Assembly (NCBI GenBank): GCA_964419255.1
Contig: CAYQOU010000003.1
Span: 1,417 to 65,416, forward strand
DNA length: 64,000 nt
Origin: an uncultured Fibrobacterota bacterium
GTDB lineage: Bacteria > Fibrobacterota > Chitinivibrionia > Chitinivibrionales > CAYFVL01
Reading direction: 5' to 3'
Part shown: positions 39,661 through 49,242 of the stretch, one piece after another
How positions within the stretch are numbered: the first letter of the stretch is position 1
How the letters are laid out: every line of letters starts with the position of its first letter
Program-made: the position numbers and the translations under genes
Notes under the pieces: model-generated
The model's input: the letters and a program-made list of their open reading frames with translations, nothing else
What the model was told of the DNA's origin: nothing
Databases searched by the model: none

Positions 39661-40668
39661 ATGAAAAAAGAGGCGATGCTGTACGAAAAGAGTGGTGAGA
39701 GGGTGCACTGTTTTCTGTGTGCACATCACTGCAAGATTTCCAACGGGAAATTTGGTTTCTGTGGTGTTCGTGAGAATATCGACGGGAAACTCTATACCTA
39801 TGTCTATGGAGATGTTATGGCCCGCCAGGTAGACCCTGTTGAAAAGAAGCCTCTCTACCATTTTCTGCCCGGTACCCAGACCTATTCGATCGCCACTCCG
39901 GGGTGCAATTTCCATTGTGATTTCTGTCAGAACTGGCAAATCTCGCAACGTAGTTTCAGGGATGGAACGGCGGGGCGGGGTATTCCGATGACACCCCGGA
40001 CTATCGTAGAGGCGGCAAAAGAGGCCGGATGTAAGAGCATCAGCTACACCTATACCGAGCCGACCATATTTTTTGAATATGCCTACGATATTGCAGTGCT
40101 TGCACACGAAGCAGGCTTACGAAATGTCTTTGTTTCAAATGGGTTCATGACATCTCAGGCGATCGAAAAGATTTCTTCATATCTGGATGCAATCAATATC
40201 GATGTGAAAGCGTTTACCGACTCTTTTTATCATGACCAATGTGCCGCGAGATTGCAGCCAGTACTGGATTCGATTAAATTGATTAAAGAAAAGGGCATCT
40301 GGCTTGAGGTGACGACGCTTTTGATACCGGGCCGCAATGACTCCACGGAAGAGCTGAATGCTATCGCATCCTTTATCGCCAAAACCGGCAAAGGCATTCC
40401 CTGGCATATCTCACGTTTTCATCCCGACTACCAATACACAGACGCACCGGTTACCCCATCGGAATCGCTTCATAAAGCACGGGAAATCGGAAAAAAACAT
40501 GGGCTTGAATATGTATACCTGGGTAATATCGCTGAAGATACGAGTAGCTTTTGTCCGCGATGTGACAGTCGTGTGATCGATCGATCCCGGGCCTATGGTG
40601 CACGGTCGCTCTTACAAGAAGGCCACTGTCCGTCCTGCGGTTTTCTGATAAATGGCGTCTGGGAGTAG
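39661..40668 (+). CDS. AmmeMemoRadiSam-system-type radical SAM enzyme
   Basis: N-terminal Cys cluster (VHCFLCAHHCKISNGKFGFCGVR), radical SAM CxxxCxxC (GCNFHCDFCQNW) and a C-terminal Cys pair (FCPRCDS…HCPSCG). Confidence 0.75.
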   Translation: MKKEAMLYEKSGERVHCFLCAHHCKISNGKFGFCGVRENIDGKLYTYVYGDVMARQVDPVEKKPLYHFLPGTQTYSIATPGCNFHCDFCQNWQISQRSFRDGTAGRGIPMTPRTIVEAAKEAGCKSISYTYTEPTIFFEYAYDIAVLAHEAGLRNVFVSNGFMTSQAIEKISSYLDAINIDVKAFTDSFYHDQCAARLQPVLDSIKLIKEKGIWLEVTTLLIPGRNDSTEELNAIASFIAKTGKGIPWHISRFHPDYQYTDAPVTPSESLHKAREIGKKHGLEYVYLGNIAEDTSSFCPRCDSRVIDRSRAYGARSLLQEGHCPSCGFLINGVWE

Positions 40669-40750
40669 ACGGTTAAAAGCTCATAGAACCTGCGCTTCTT
40701 TCAGGACAGGGCTTGGAAAAAGTGGTGCAAAAGCTCAGGTTATAGGTAAA

Positions 40751-40780
40751 CTGAGCGATTCTCTCGCGGCGATTCGCACA
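40751..40780 (+). repeat. Copy 3 of the ~30-nt intergenic repeat
   Basis: ctgagcgattctctcgcggcgattcgcaca, in the convergent gap between 40668 (+) and 40788 (-). Confidence 0.6.
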
Positions 40781-40787
40781 ACTCTGG

Positions 40788-41699
40788 TTAAAGATCGTAA
40801 TCTGCGTTGAGATCACGATCGCTCCACTCGAAATCGTTGGGTGTGAGTGGCTCGGCGTCTGTTTCTTTTCTGATGATAAGTATATCTGCAATATTATCAA
40901 GAAATAAATCGACCAGTTCGGGGTCGAAGTATTTTTCACGCTCCTTGCGTATGATACGGCAGGCAACATCGATGGGGTATGGCTTCTTATAGGGACGCCT
41001 CGTGGTAAGTGCATCGAATGTGTCTGCAAGAGCAACAATTCGCGCGGTCAACGGTATCGAATAGGATTCTTTCTGATATGGATACCCATTACCATCCCAG
41101 CGCTCATGATGATATAAGGCTATTTCGCTACCCATCTGAAGAACAGGGGCGGAAGCGTTACGAAGTATGTTGGCACCAATAATGGTGTGTGACTTCATGA
41201 TTTCGAATTCCTGAGAAGTCAGAGTACCTTCCTTGAGAAGAATATCATCAGGGATTCCGATTTTTCCGACGTCATGCATGGATGAAGCATGAAACAGCTG
41301 CTCGGCGGCATCGTCATTGAGTCCATACTTTCTGGCGACAAACGCACTGTATCGACTGATTCGGGCGATGTGCTTGCCTGTTTCTCTGTCTTTATATTCT
41401 GCGGCGGTAACAAGTCGGTTTATAGTATCATAGTAGGCTTCTCGAAGCTTGTGATTGTTTTTTCTGAGTTCGGTGATCGTCCTTCGCAGATCAACGGCGT
41501 ACTGAGTGAGTTGACTGTTTGTCTGGGCAAGTTCACGCTTATGATCTTTGGCTTCGCGGTAAATTGTGGCTAAATCGGTCGCAAACCGCAGTGACTGTTC
41601 GCAGTGGTGGGCGTGTTCGCTTTCCATCTGTCGCAGGCGTTTTTGCAGGGCATACGTGTCGGGCAGTTTGTAATTATCGGCTGTATCTGGTGAAGTCAT
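40788..41699 (-). CDS. HD-GYP domain protein (probable c-di-GMP phosphodiesterase)
   Basis: HD (SSMHDVGKIGIPD) and GYP (HHERWDGNGYPY) motifs. The N-terminus is coiled coil. Confidence 0.85.
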   Translation of the reverse strand: MTSPDTADNYKLPDTYALQKRLRQMESEHAHHCEQSLRFATDLATIYREAKDHKRELAQTNSQLTQYAVDLRRTITELRKNNHKLREAYYDTINRLVTAAEYKDRETGKHIARISRYSAFVARKYGLNDDAAEQLFHASSMHDVGKIGIPDDILLKEGTLTSQEFEIMKSHTIIGANILRNASAPVLQMGSEIALYHHERWDGNGYPYQKESYSIPLTARIVALADTFDALTTRRPYKKPYPIDVACRIIRKEREKYFDPELVDLFLDNIADILIIRKETDAEPLTPNDFEWSDRDLNADYDL

Positions 41700-41737
41700 A
41701 TGCGATGTTCTTTCCGGGAATGGAAAAGTATATCGGA

Positions 41738-42127
41738 TTATTGACAGGAGCCCTCGAGGATCGTTTCGACTTTCTCGATTAATTCGAGCGGACTGAACGG
41801 TTTTGTCAGATAATCGTAGGCGCCGGCATCCAGTGCTCTTCTGATATTAGTCTTGTCTCTGTCACCCGATAGCATTATCACCACACAATCTTTTGTTTGG
41901 TGATCAGCCTTGATTTGTCTGGTTGCCTCTATGCCGTTTATCTTCCCTGGCATGCCGACATCCATGATGATGAGATGTGGCTTGTGTTTGCGGCTCATCT
42001 GAAGGGCTTCGATGGCATCTTCAGCAATGAGAACAATGCTTTCTTCGTTCTCCAGAGTAGTTGCAACCAGTTCCCTGATCTCTTTGCTGTCGTCTACAAC
42101 CAGAATAGTTTTGGATCCGCTGTTCAT
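41738..42127 (-). CDS. Single-domain response regulator (CheY-like)
   Basis: ILVVDDSKEIRE…HLIIMDVGMPGKINGIE…VVIMLSGD…DYLTKP. All REC signature residues are present. Confidence 0.85.
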   Translation of the reverse strand: MNSGSKTILVVDDSKEIRELVATTLENEESIVLIAEDAIEALQMSRKHKPHLIIMDVGMPGKINGIEATRQIKADHQTKDCVVIMLSGDRDKTNIRRALDAGAYDYLTKPFSPLELIEKVETILEGSCQ

Positions 42128-42709
42128 TTGTGCACTCCAGGTTTCACCTGTCTCCGGGAGTATGTGACCCGGGTTTCATAATTTTTTCAGATGGCGCAAT
42201 CATTTGCAGGGCATGAGAATGCAGCTGCAAGCTTCTAATGGTACGCATCCTAAATGACTAAAGTCAAGATGAAAATTGGCTCGCTTGTGTTTTTTTTGGA
42301 TCGACTGTATAGGGAAAAATCGCTCTGCTCTATGCCTGATGCTCCATTGAGGCTGCGGTGCTGCCTATAGGGACATTAGATTTGGTGTCGAAGAATATCT
42401 TCTTACACAACATCTTGTAACCCGTCCACCCCTCATAAAGGTTTTTGGAAAGATTATACTACATGGTGCAATTATTTGATTCTCATAAGTATAAAAAACA
42501 GGGTATATTGAGAACTCTGACAGTTCTTGTGTAGAGATCGATTCGGATTTTTCACTAAAAATGCAAGGGTTTGTGCGGGTAAAGGCTGCCGAAAGGAGCT
42601 AATATGGGTCGGGAAATTGAAATGGCATGACTCTTGTTTGTGCTATGGGCGGGAAAAATAGGTTTTTAGAACCTGACACATGTAAAACTTGACCAAAGGA
42701 GACCAGCCT

Positions 42710-42991
42710 ATGGAAATGCCAAAGATAATCGATTGCGACGCTGAAGATTGTGCCTATAATAAGGAAAAACAGTGTCATGCCTGGGCTATCAACGTGGGGG
42801 GAAAGGAGCCAATCTGTGACACCTTCTTGAAGAGCAGCAGTAAGGGGGGAATCAAAGATGTCATTGGTGGAGTAGGAGCGTGCAAGGTGGAAAGCTGCGC
42901 TTATAACGACAACTTCGAATGTTCAGCACAAGGCATTCATGTCAAGCAGCAGGGAAGCCATGCAGATTGCAGTACATATAAATCTCGATAG
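42710..42991 (+). CDS. DUF1540-like Cys-rich small protein
   Basis: Two repeats of the C..(E)(D/S)CAYN…C.A motif (CDAEDCAYNKEKQCHA and CKVESCAYNDNFECSA). The ATG at 42710 follows an AAGGAG. Confidence 0.6.
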   Translation: MEMPKIIDCDAEDCAYNKEKQCHAWAINVGGKEPICDTFLKSSSKGGIKDVIGGVGACKVESCAYNDNFECSAQGIHVKQQGSHADCSTYKSR

Positions 42992-42996
42992 GTGAA

Positions 42997-43191
42997 TCAT
43001 TCGGTTATGATGATAGCGTGCTCGGGACACTCCCGAGCAGCTCTTAAAACATCTTCCCGGTATTTCCTGGGGATTTCATCGGCAGTAACGTATGCTTTTT
43101 TGTTGCCGGTGGCAAATCTAAACATACGGGGGCAAATTTGGACACAAGTGCCAACCGTTTTGCATCGGTTCGGATCAACGTAAGCTTTCAT
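42997..43191 (-). CDS. Small ferredoxin, Cx5C…CP (3Fe-4S-like) type
   Basis: 64 aa with CKTVGTCVQICP…ECPEHAI. Confidence 0.7.
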   Translation of the reverse strand: MKAYVDPNRCKTVGTCVQICPRMFRFATGNKKAYVTADEIPRKYREDVLRAARECPEHAIIITE

Positions 43192-43283
43192 GGAATTTTC
43201 CCGAAGTTAAAAACTATCTGTCGTGCAAATGGCGGGCCAGTCGATCATCCGACAGAGTCAATTTTCAATGGAGGTATACGGCA

Positions 43284-43478
43284 ATGAGAGCGAAAGTGGA
43301 CGAAGGGCAGTGCATCGGGTGTGGGTTATGTTCCAACATCTGTCCCGAGGTGTTTAAAATGGCTGGAGATGAGCAGAAAGTAGAGGTGTATGTTGAAAGC
43401 GTGCCGGATACGGTAAGGGACCGGTGTCGTGAGGCCGCTCACGATTGTCTGTTTAGTGCAATCGATGTGATGGTTTAA
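43284..43478 (+). CDS. Small ferredoxin, CxxCxxC type
   Basis: 64 aa with CIGCGLCSNICPEVF…AAHDCLFSAI. The distal Cys is followed by Leu rather than the usual Pro. Confidence 0.7.
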   Translation: MRAKVDEGQCIGCGLCSNICPEVFKMAGDEQKVEVYVESVPDTVRDRCREAAHDCLFSAIDVMV

Positions 43479-43653
43479 AAACGGCCCCGGAAACAAATCG
43501 TGGTGTATTATTTGACCGGTCATTTGTTCTGCGGGGCAGGTAAATCAAGGTAAAACATTTTGCTTTATTCTCAACATAGAAACTATTTTCAGCTTAACTG
43601 CATGCCGCTCCCGAAAGTGGAGGCAAGTTTAATAACCTCCTGCTTATGGATTT

Positions 43654-45879
43654 ATGAGGAACACATCTCTTATGACATCTCGAACAACAAAGTTTTTCAT
43701 TGACGCCGAAGACCAGACTGTTTTACCAAAAACAAGAAAAATCAAGAGGCTTTCTGAGCATGAACAGTTTTTCATCTACGATGTTCATCTTCATCGTTTA
43801 CAACTGAGCAAAGAAAACCGTCAGCTTAGAGAGGTTCAGGCATCTTTAGAATCCTCGCATAGACGCTATCACGATTTCTACCTAAATGCTCCTACTGCGT
43901 TTTTAACCATTTCGGAAGATGGTACTGTTTCGGACGCTAACAATACTGCAGCTCGCCTTCTTCAAACAGACAGAGCCGAAATCGTTGGGTGCAACATTAT
44001 AACCTTCTGTGTTCCTGCCGATCGGCAAAACTTTCACGCGCATATAAAACGGGTTTTTGAAGAAAAAAGACCACTGACCTGTCAGATAACCATGGAAAAA
44101 AAAGGGGGGCAACGAGTCTGTATTCACACGGAAAGTGTAGCGCGGTATGTAAATGATCGCTGGGAGGTCCACAGCACCATGTTGGACATCGGTGATCGGG
44201 TAAAAATCGAAAACGCTCTGCGCCAGAGTGAACAGAAATACCGTGAGATTGTTGAGACTACTCTTGAAGGCGTATGGATTTTTGACAGTCGGCTCAGAGT
44301 CAGCTATGTCAATCCACGCCTGTCGACATTGCTGGGATACTCGGTCACCGAACTTATCGGCAAACATCTGTTTGATTTCATAGATGTGCAGGAAAGGCAG
44401 TTTCTGCAAAAACATCACTATGATCGCAGACAAAGGGGGGTTCGCGAGAAAAGACTTCTGAAAAAGGATAAAACATGGATCTGGGTTCTTGAATCTCTAA
44501 ATCCGCTCATACATCAGGATGGCTACTATCTCGGGCGTCTGGGCATGCTAACCGATATATCCCAGCAAAAGAGAGTGGAGATGGAGCTTAAGAAGGCTCA
44601 AACTCAGTTGGAGCAGAAAATTCAGATGCAGTCCACCGACCTTAAAAGTGCCGAGTTGTCTCTCAGGGAGCAAACCACGCACAGGGTCAGGGCCGAGGCC
44701 GAACTGACTCGCCGTCAACAGGCGCTTGAGGCGGTGTACGCAATCGCGATAGCTCACCAGGGAACTCCCAGTGCAATACTTGAGCGGGTGGTCACAAGTG
44801 TATCGGACGTCTTGGCCGTGCCGTATTGTGCGATTGGTATCGCGGATGGAAGACAATTCTCGCTGTATGTGGAAAGATGTGACGGTCAGATAAAAACGGT
44901 GGAGGCTCTGCCCGCAGCTTCCGGTTTCTGTTGTATACTGCAGGAGCATGACTCGGTGCTAAATATCCGGCGCGGTTCCTCTCGTTGGGAAAACATTAGT
45001 ATTCTCGATTCCTCTCCTTATAATACTTTCCTGGGCATGCCGATAACCGGACCCACCGGGGAAGTTTTGGGAAGCATGTGTGTTCTCGATACCGAAGATC
45101 GGATATTTACCAGGAGCGATTATAAGTTTATCGAGATATTCGCCGGATACATCGCCAATAGCATCCTGCAGGAGCAGATGCAAAATCAGCTTCTGCATTC
45201 GCAGGAGATGCGCATGTTGGGGCAGTTGACCTCCGGAGTCGCCCACGAGGTCAGAAACCCACTTAATGCCATCGTTGCAATCACCGAAGCTCTCTTTCAG
45301 GACATCGGGGGTGATTCGCAATATGCTCCTTATCTTCAGCATGTGCGCTCACAGGTGGAGCGGCTTTCCGCACTGATGCAGGATCTGCTCGATCTGGGTA
45401 AACCGGAACGGCAGTTTAATCTGGCCACCATTCCCGTGCGGACTGTCATCGACTCTTCCATCGACTCCTGGCGCCAGTCTTCACCACACAAGCATCGGTG
45501 CGTACGGGCAATATTTCCCGAGACAATCGACACCTGTTTCATAAAAGCCGATTCACTGAAAATACAGCAGGTCTTTTCCAATCTCATCGATAATGCCTGT
45601 CATCATAGCGATATATCGACACGTATTCTCATCGTGGTTATGGCTCCCGAGAATGGGCATATTCGTATACGGGTGGTCGACAATGGCTGCGGAGTTCCTC
45701 CCGAAAAATTAACTCGCCTGTTTGAACCCTTTTACACGACGCGAAAGGGAGGCACCGGATTAGGGCTCAGTGTGGTGAGGCATATTGTTGCGGTGCATGG
45801 CGGCAGGCTTACCATCGCCAATAATGATCCGGCTCCCGGTCTCACCGTAGAGATCTCTTTTCCGGCTCTGGCCCAATAG
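43654..45879 (+). CDS. Cytoplasmic PAS-PAS-GAF sensor histidine kinase
   Basis: Two PAS-like regions, a coiled coil and a GAF-like region. H-box (GVAHEVRNPLNAI) and ATPase boxes (NLIDNACHH…DNGCGVP…GTGLGLSVV). No TM segment is visible. Confidence 0.85.
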   Translation: MRNTSLMTSRTTKFFIDAEDQTVLPKTRKIKRLSEHEQFFIYDVHLHRLQLSKENRQLREVQASLESSHRRYHDFYLNAPTAFLTISEDGTVSDANNTAARLLQTDRAEIVGCNIITFCVPADRQNFHAHIKRVFEEKRPLTCQITMEKKGGQRVCIHTESVARYVNDRWEVHSTMLDIGDRVKIENALRQSEQKYREIVETTLEGVWIFDSRLRVSYVNPRLSTLLGYSVTELIGKHLFDFIDVQERQFLQKHHYDRRQRGVREKRLLKKDKTWIWVLESLNPLIHQDGYYLGRLGMLTDISQQKRVEMELKKAQTQLEQKIQMQSTDLKSAELSLREQTTHRVRAEAELTRRQQALEAVYAIAIAHQGTPSAILERVVTSVSDVLAVPYCAIGIADGRQFSLYVERCDGQIKTVEALPAASGFCCILQEHDSVLNIRRGSSRWENISILDSSPYNTFLGMPITGPTGEVLGSMCVLDTEDRIFTRSDYKFIEIFAGYIANSILQEQMQNQLLHSQEMRMLGQLTSGVAHEVRNPLNAIVAITEALFQDIGGDSQYAPYLQHVRSQVERLSALMQDLLDLGKPERQFNLATIPVRTVIDSSIDSWRQSSPHKHRCVRAIFPETIDTCFIKADSLKIQQVFSNLIDNACHHSDISTRILIVVMAPENGHIRIRVVDNGCGVPPEKLTRLFEPFYTTRKGGTGLGLSVVRHIVAVHGGRLTIANNDPAPGLTVEISFPALAQ

Positions 45880-45983
45880 CTTCTTTCCTTCGCTTCCGCT
45901 AAACGCCCCCTGGAAGACAGCCTTTCCTTGAGAATGCCTGTGGCATTTTAATTGCTTAACGTGGAGTGGGGAGAGATGCACCG

Positions 45984-47366
45984 ATGGATATTGGTTACTA
46001 CTATCGTAAACCTCACGTGCGGTCGAGGATAATCGATTTTCTGGGAGGAAGTACACCCGATAACGCAACCGCTATGTTTATCAGTGAAGGCATGCAGCCT
46101 TGCGAAACCGGCTATGAGGTACATAGTCCCAGGGCTCTGGATTCTCTTTTATCCCGAGGTGGAGAGGTCTATCGATCTCTGTGGGATAATCGATTCTTTC
46201 TCATTCATCTGGATATCGAATATGTCAACTTTGATTTCCCGGCGGAACCATACCTGGATCCGATTCGCGCATTCGGATTGCAGCAGCCGGCTGTCAGGAG
46301 TATTCAAAAGATTCTGCTGTCATCCGGCATATCCCCTCTTCACATACTCACCGGAAGAGGCCATCATTTTATCTGGAAGATAGATACCAGGTCACCGGCA
46401 TTTTTCCGCCTCGAATCGATCGGTCATGTTCCCTCTCATTTGAAAAAGACCTATGCCAGGCCTCATCCCCCGGATGACGAACCGGTGGGAGGGCAGCTGA
46501 GTCGAGCGTTTTCCGGAGTCGGCTTGCTCATGGAGTTTTTCGCACATCGAATCCTGGATGATGCCAGGCGGGAGACTGCCATTCCACTTGAGGTCACCGC
46601 GGTGAATACAGGCGAGCGGATGCGCGGATGTGAAATAGTTTCGTTGGACATAACCGAGTATGGCGATCCTCTTTACACGCGCTCGATACGGGTGCCTTAC
46701 AGTCTGTACCTCAAGCCCTGGCATCACTACGGGGTAATCACCCAAAAAACCGCACCGCATATCCCGGTCATGTTCCTGATCCCACAGCATGAGTGTACCG
46801 TCGAGGAGGGAATTCGTATCATGCGGGACATGGACGGGGTGGCGGATCTTGCGCAGGTTGGTGGCACACATATTCCCGAATTCTCGGATGAAATGCTGAC
46901 GCTGGTCGAGCAGTATATGCACTCAGATGTTCGAAGGTTTCATCAGTATTTCTATGCACAGGACTACCACCCGCCCGAGCGTTGGGCGCAAACCTATGAC
47001 CGATTCTCTTACGATAGCCTCCCCGACTTTGTCTCGGGTGTCCTGTCAAATCCAAACGATTCTCTGTTGACACCGACCGGTATACGCAATGTGGTTCGCA
47101 CGTTGATGGCCCAACAATGGCATCCACATCACATCACCGGCCTGATTCAATCGAAATATGAGCGGGATTTCGGGTGGGGGAACCAGTGGTATGTATATGA
47201 TGCATCCATGCGGGCTGAGTTTTACACCCGTTTGTTTGCGGGGTTGCTCCTGTGTGGTCGAGACAATCTGGACGGCTTTTCTGGCCGGAAGACAGCAGCA
47301 GGAGACCGATCAATCGACACCATTCGCGAAAAATTAAAGAGCCTGGCGGCCGGGGGGGTAATATGA
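45984..47366 (+). CDS. Uncharacterised protein with archaeo-eukaryotic primase (AEP/PrimPol)-like catalytic motifs
   Basis: Confidence as a real CDS comes from its length, the ATG at 45984 after GGGGAGAG, and the ATGA overlap with the next gene. Motif-like strings occur in AEP order: FLIHLDIEY (DxE), LTGRGHHFIW (sGxGhH), VSLDITEY (hD) and SIRVPYSLYLK. The family call is inference only. Confidence 0.6.
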   Translation: MDIGYYYRKPHVRSRIIDFLGGSTPDNATAMFISEGMQPCETGYEVHSPRALDSLLSRGGEVYRSLWDNRFFLIHLDIEYVNFDFPAEPYLDPIRAFGLQQPAVRSIQKILLSSGISPLHILTGRGHHFIWKIDTRSPAFFRLESIGHVPSHLKKTYARPHPPDDEPVGGQLSRAFSGVGLLMEFFAHRILDDARRETAIPLEVTAVNTGERMRGCEIVSLDITEYGDPLYTRSIRVPYSLYLKPWHHYGVITQKTAPHIPVMFLIPQHECTVEEGIRIMRDMDGVADLAQVGGTHIPEFSDEMLTLVEQYMHSDVRRFHQYFYAQDYHPPERWAQTYDRFSYDSLPDFVSGVLSNPNDSLLTPTGIRNVVRTLMAQQWHPHHITGLIQSKYERDFGWGNQWYVYDASMRAEFYTRLFAGLLLCGRDNLDGFSGRKTAAGDRSIDTIREKLKSLAAGGVI

Positions 47367-48250
47367 GTGACTGGGCGGTGGGTATTTCCACGGGTTGTTT
47401 TTATCATTCCACTATTTTCAGTAGTCTGGAGAGCATTCGACGGGGAGGTTTTTGTATGCTGGAGGTTTGTTCTTCCCCGCGTCATCTCGATTATCATGAT
47501 CAGGGAGCCGTCAAAAAAGCAGCTCGCCTCATCGATGAGCTTGGCATGGAGGCCTATTCTTTTCACGCTCCCTTTGCGGAGAATATCGATATCACATCCA
47601 TGCATGACAAACAGCGTGAATATTCGAAACACGAGCTGATAAAGGCTGCGGACGCGGCGGCGACACTTCATGCCCGTTATTTTGTCACCCATCCGGGGCC
47701 TGAGAAAAGCATAGAGGCCGCGCCGGCCGAAAGGATGCATAGAATGTATAATGCCGCGGAAGTTTTGGATGCCGTCAGTGAGCACTGTCACCGATTGGGG
47801 ATCGGGCTTATACTGGAGAATATGCTGCCTCATCTTTTCTTCGGAAACACGCGAGACATGCTGTGGATCATGGGAGCGATCAATCACGTGAATGTGGGAA
47901 CCTGTCTGGATACGGGGCATGCGACCCTGTCGGGTGATATCTACCGTGTGATGTATAAATTATCAGGACATCTCAAGCTGATACATGCCAATGACAACAA
48001 CCGGCACGGCGATGATCATCTCCCGCCGGGCAAGGGCTGCATCGACTGGAAACGTCTGCTCACCGAGTTGAATCAAACGGGGTTTCAGGGAGGGTTGATA
48101 TTGGAGTTATCGGGGGATACAAATGAAACGCCCGAGCAGATACTGAATCATGCCCGTAGTGCTCGCCAACTTATTCGAAAACTGTCGCGGCAAATAGCAC
48201 TCTCGAGTCCGCCGACGGTCTCCGCGGGTAATCAGCCTCCGCTTGATTAA
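47363..48250 (+). CDS. Xylose-isomerase-like TIM-barrel protein (AP endonuclease 2 / sugar phosphate isomerase-epimerase superfamily)
   Basis: Family motifs are in order: SFHAPF, FVTHPG, LILENM, CLDTGHA and IHANDN…DDHLPPGKGCIDW. The ATG at 47363 overlaps the upstream stop (ATGA). Confidence 0.8.
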   Translation: MSDWAVGISTGCFYHSTIFSSLESIRRGGFCMLEVCSSPRHLDYHDQGAVKKAARLIDELGMEAYSFHAPFAENIDITSMHDKQREYSKHELIKAADAAATLHARYFVTHPGPEKSIEAAPAERMHRMYNAAEVLDAVSEHCHRLGIGLILENMLPHLFFGNTRDMLWIMGAINHVNVGTCLDTGHATLSGDIYRVMYKLSGHLKLIHANDNNRHGDDHLPPGKGCIDWKRLLTELNQTGFQGGLILELSGDTNETPEQILNHARSARQLIRKLSRQIALSSPPTVSAGNQPPLD

Positions 48251-48443
48251 GGCCTCCGGGACAGCGCTCCATAATATCTTCCGATATGGTTATTTTTTCT
48301 TCCATATCGTCTTTTTTTGCGCGAAGGCTCTAAACGATCATCCTCTCATCTCCTGTGGCGTATCCAGCCTGCTGCTGGCGGAAACGGGAGGATAAAAGCT
48401 TTCTACTGCGGTGATATCATTCTGTGTTTGTTGTTTTCTTCAC

Positions 48444-48704
48444 TTACTCGGCCGTTGCACTCACTGTTTTTTTCGCATCTACCCTTCGAACGGTTATGGT
48501 GGCCATCTGGGGAGAGTCGCCGAAGGCGATGGCCCGTGCGGGACACAGTCGGGCAAGAAGCAGACATCGGTTGTATTCGTCAGGTGGTATGGAGGAGACC
48601 TTTATCCGTGCCTTGCCGAAGGCGTTTTTCTCAAAAATAGATGGACGAATAGATATACACATGCCGCATCCTTGACAGAGAAAGTGGTTGACAGCAGCTT
48701 TCAT
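48444..48704 (-). CDS. Ferredoxin-like small protein with a C-terminal tail
   Basis: CQGCGMC…LCPARAI provides four Cys ligands. About 25 extra C-terminal residues follow. Confidence 0.55.
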   Translation of the reverse strand: MKAAVNHFLCQGCGMCISIRPSIFEKNAFGKARIKVSSIPPDEYNRCLLLARLCPARAIAFGDSPQMATITVRRVDAKKTVSATAE

Positions 48705-49242
48705 GGTAATCTCCTTTAATATTATCTGTAGAGTTCACTTCTCTATTCAGGTAACCAAATTATGTGCCACATATCCGCACAGAACCGCTCAGACAAGCCT
48801 CCATATTCGAGACCTGTCCTCGGTTGCTCGGTTTGTGGGCTCTGTCGGATCAAAATGTTTGTTTTCTGATTCGGTGATCTATAATCCTTGATTATCCGGC
48901 TGTGCCGGACTTGGGTGTGATTCGTCTGAAAGAGCGTTTCAGGTGGTCGATCTTACTGAGGTGGGGATGAGGCAAAGCATTTTCATAATCGAAAACGGGG
49001 ATTCTCACTTTTGAGCAAAATTTTTCGCTCTGATATATCATGCCTTTGGTTTGAAACCCGAAAGGAGGGGAAAATCGTCAATGGAACGGGTTTTGCTAAA
49101 TCTCCCAAATGTTTGTCGAGTTTGGATTAGGTATGCGTTCTTGCTGCGGTATCGATTGTTTTCCCGGGGCCAAACGAATCGCATCCTGTACGACACCTGA
49201 TCCCGGCTTTTTGTGTCACACCATCTTGTAAGGAGTCGGATT

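Noticed and set aside
42623-42637. Sigma-54-like TGGCAT-N5-TTGT upstream of the DUF1540 gene.
   Set aside because: The -12 element is TTGT rather than TTGC, and no enhancer-binding protein gene is nearby. The match is too weak to call.
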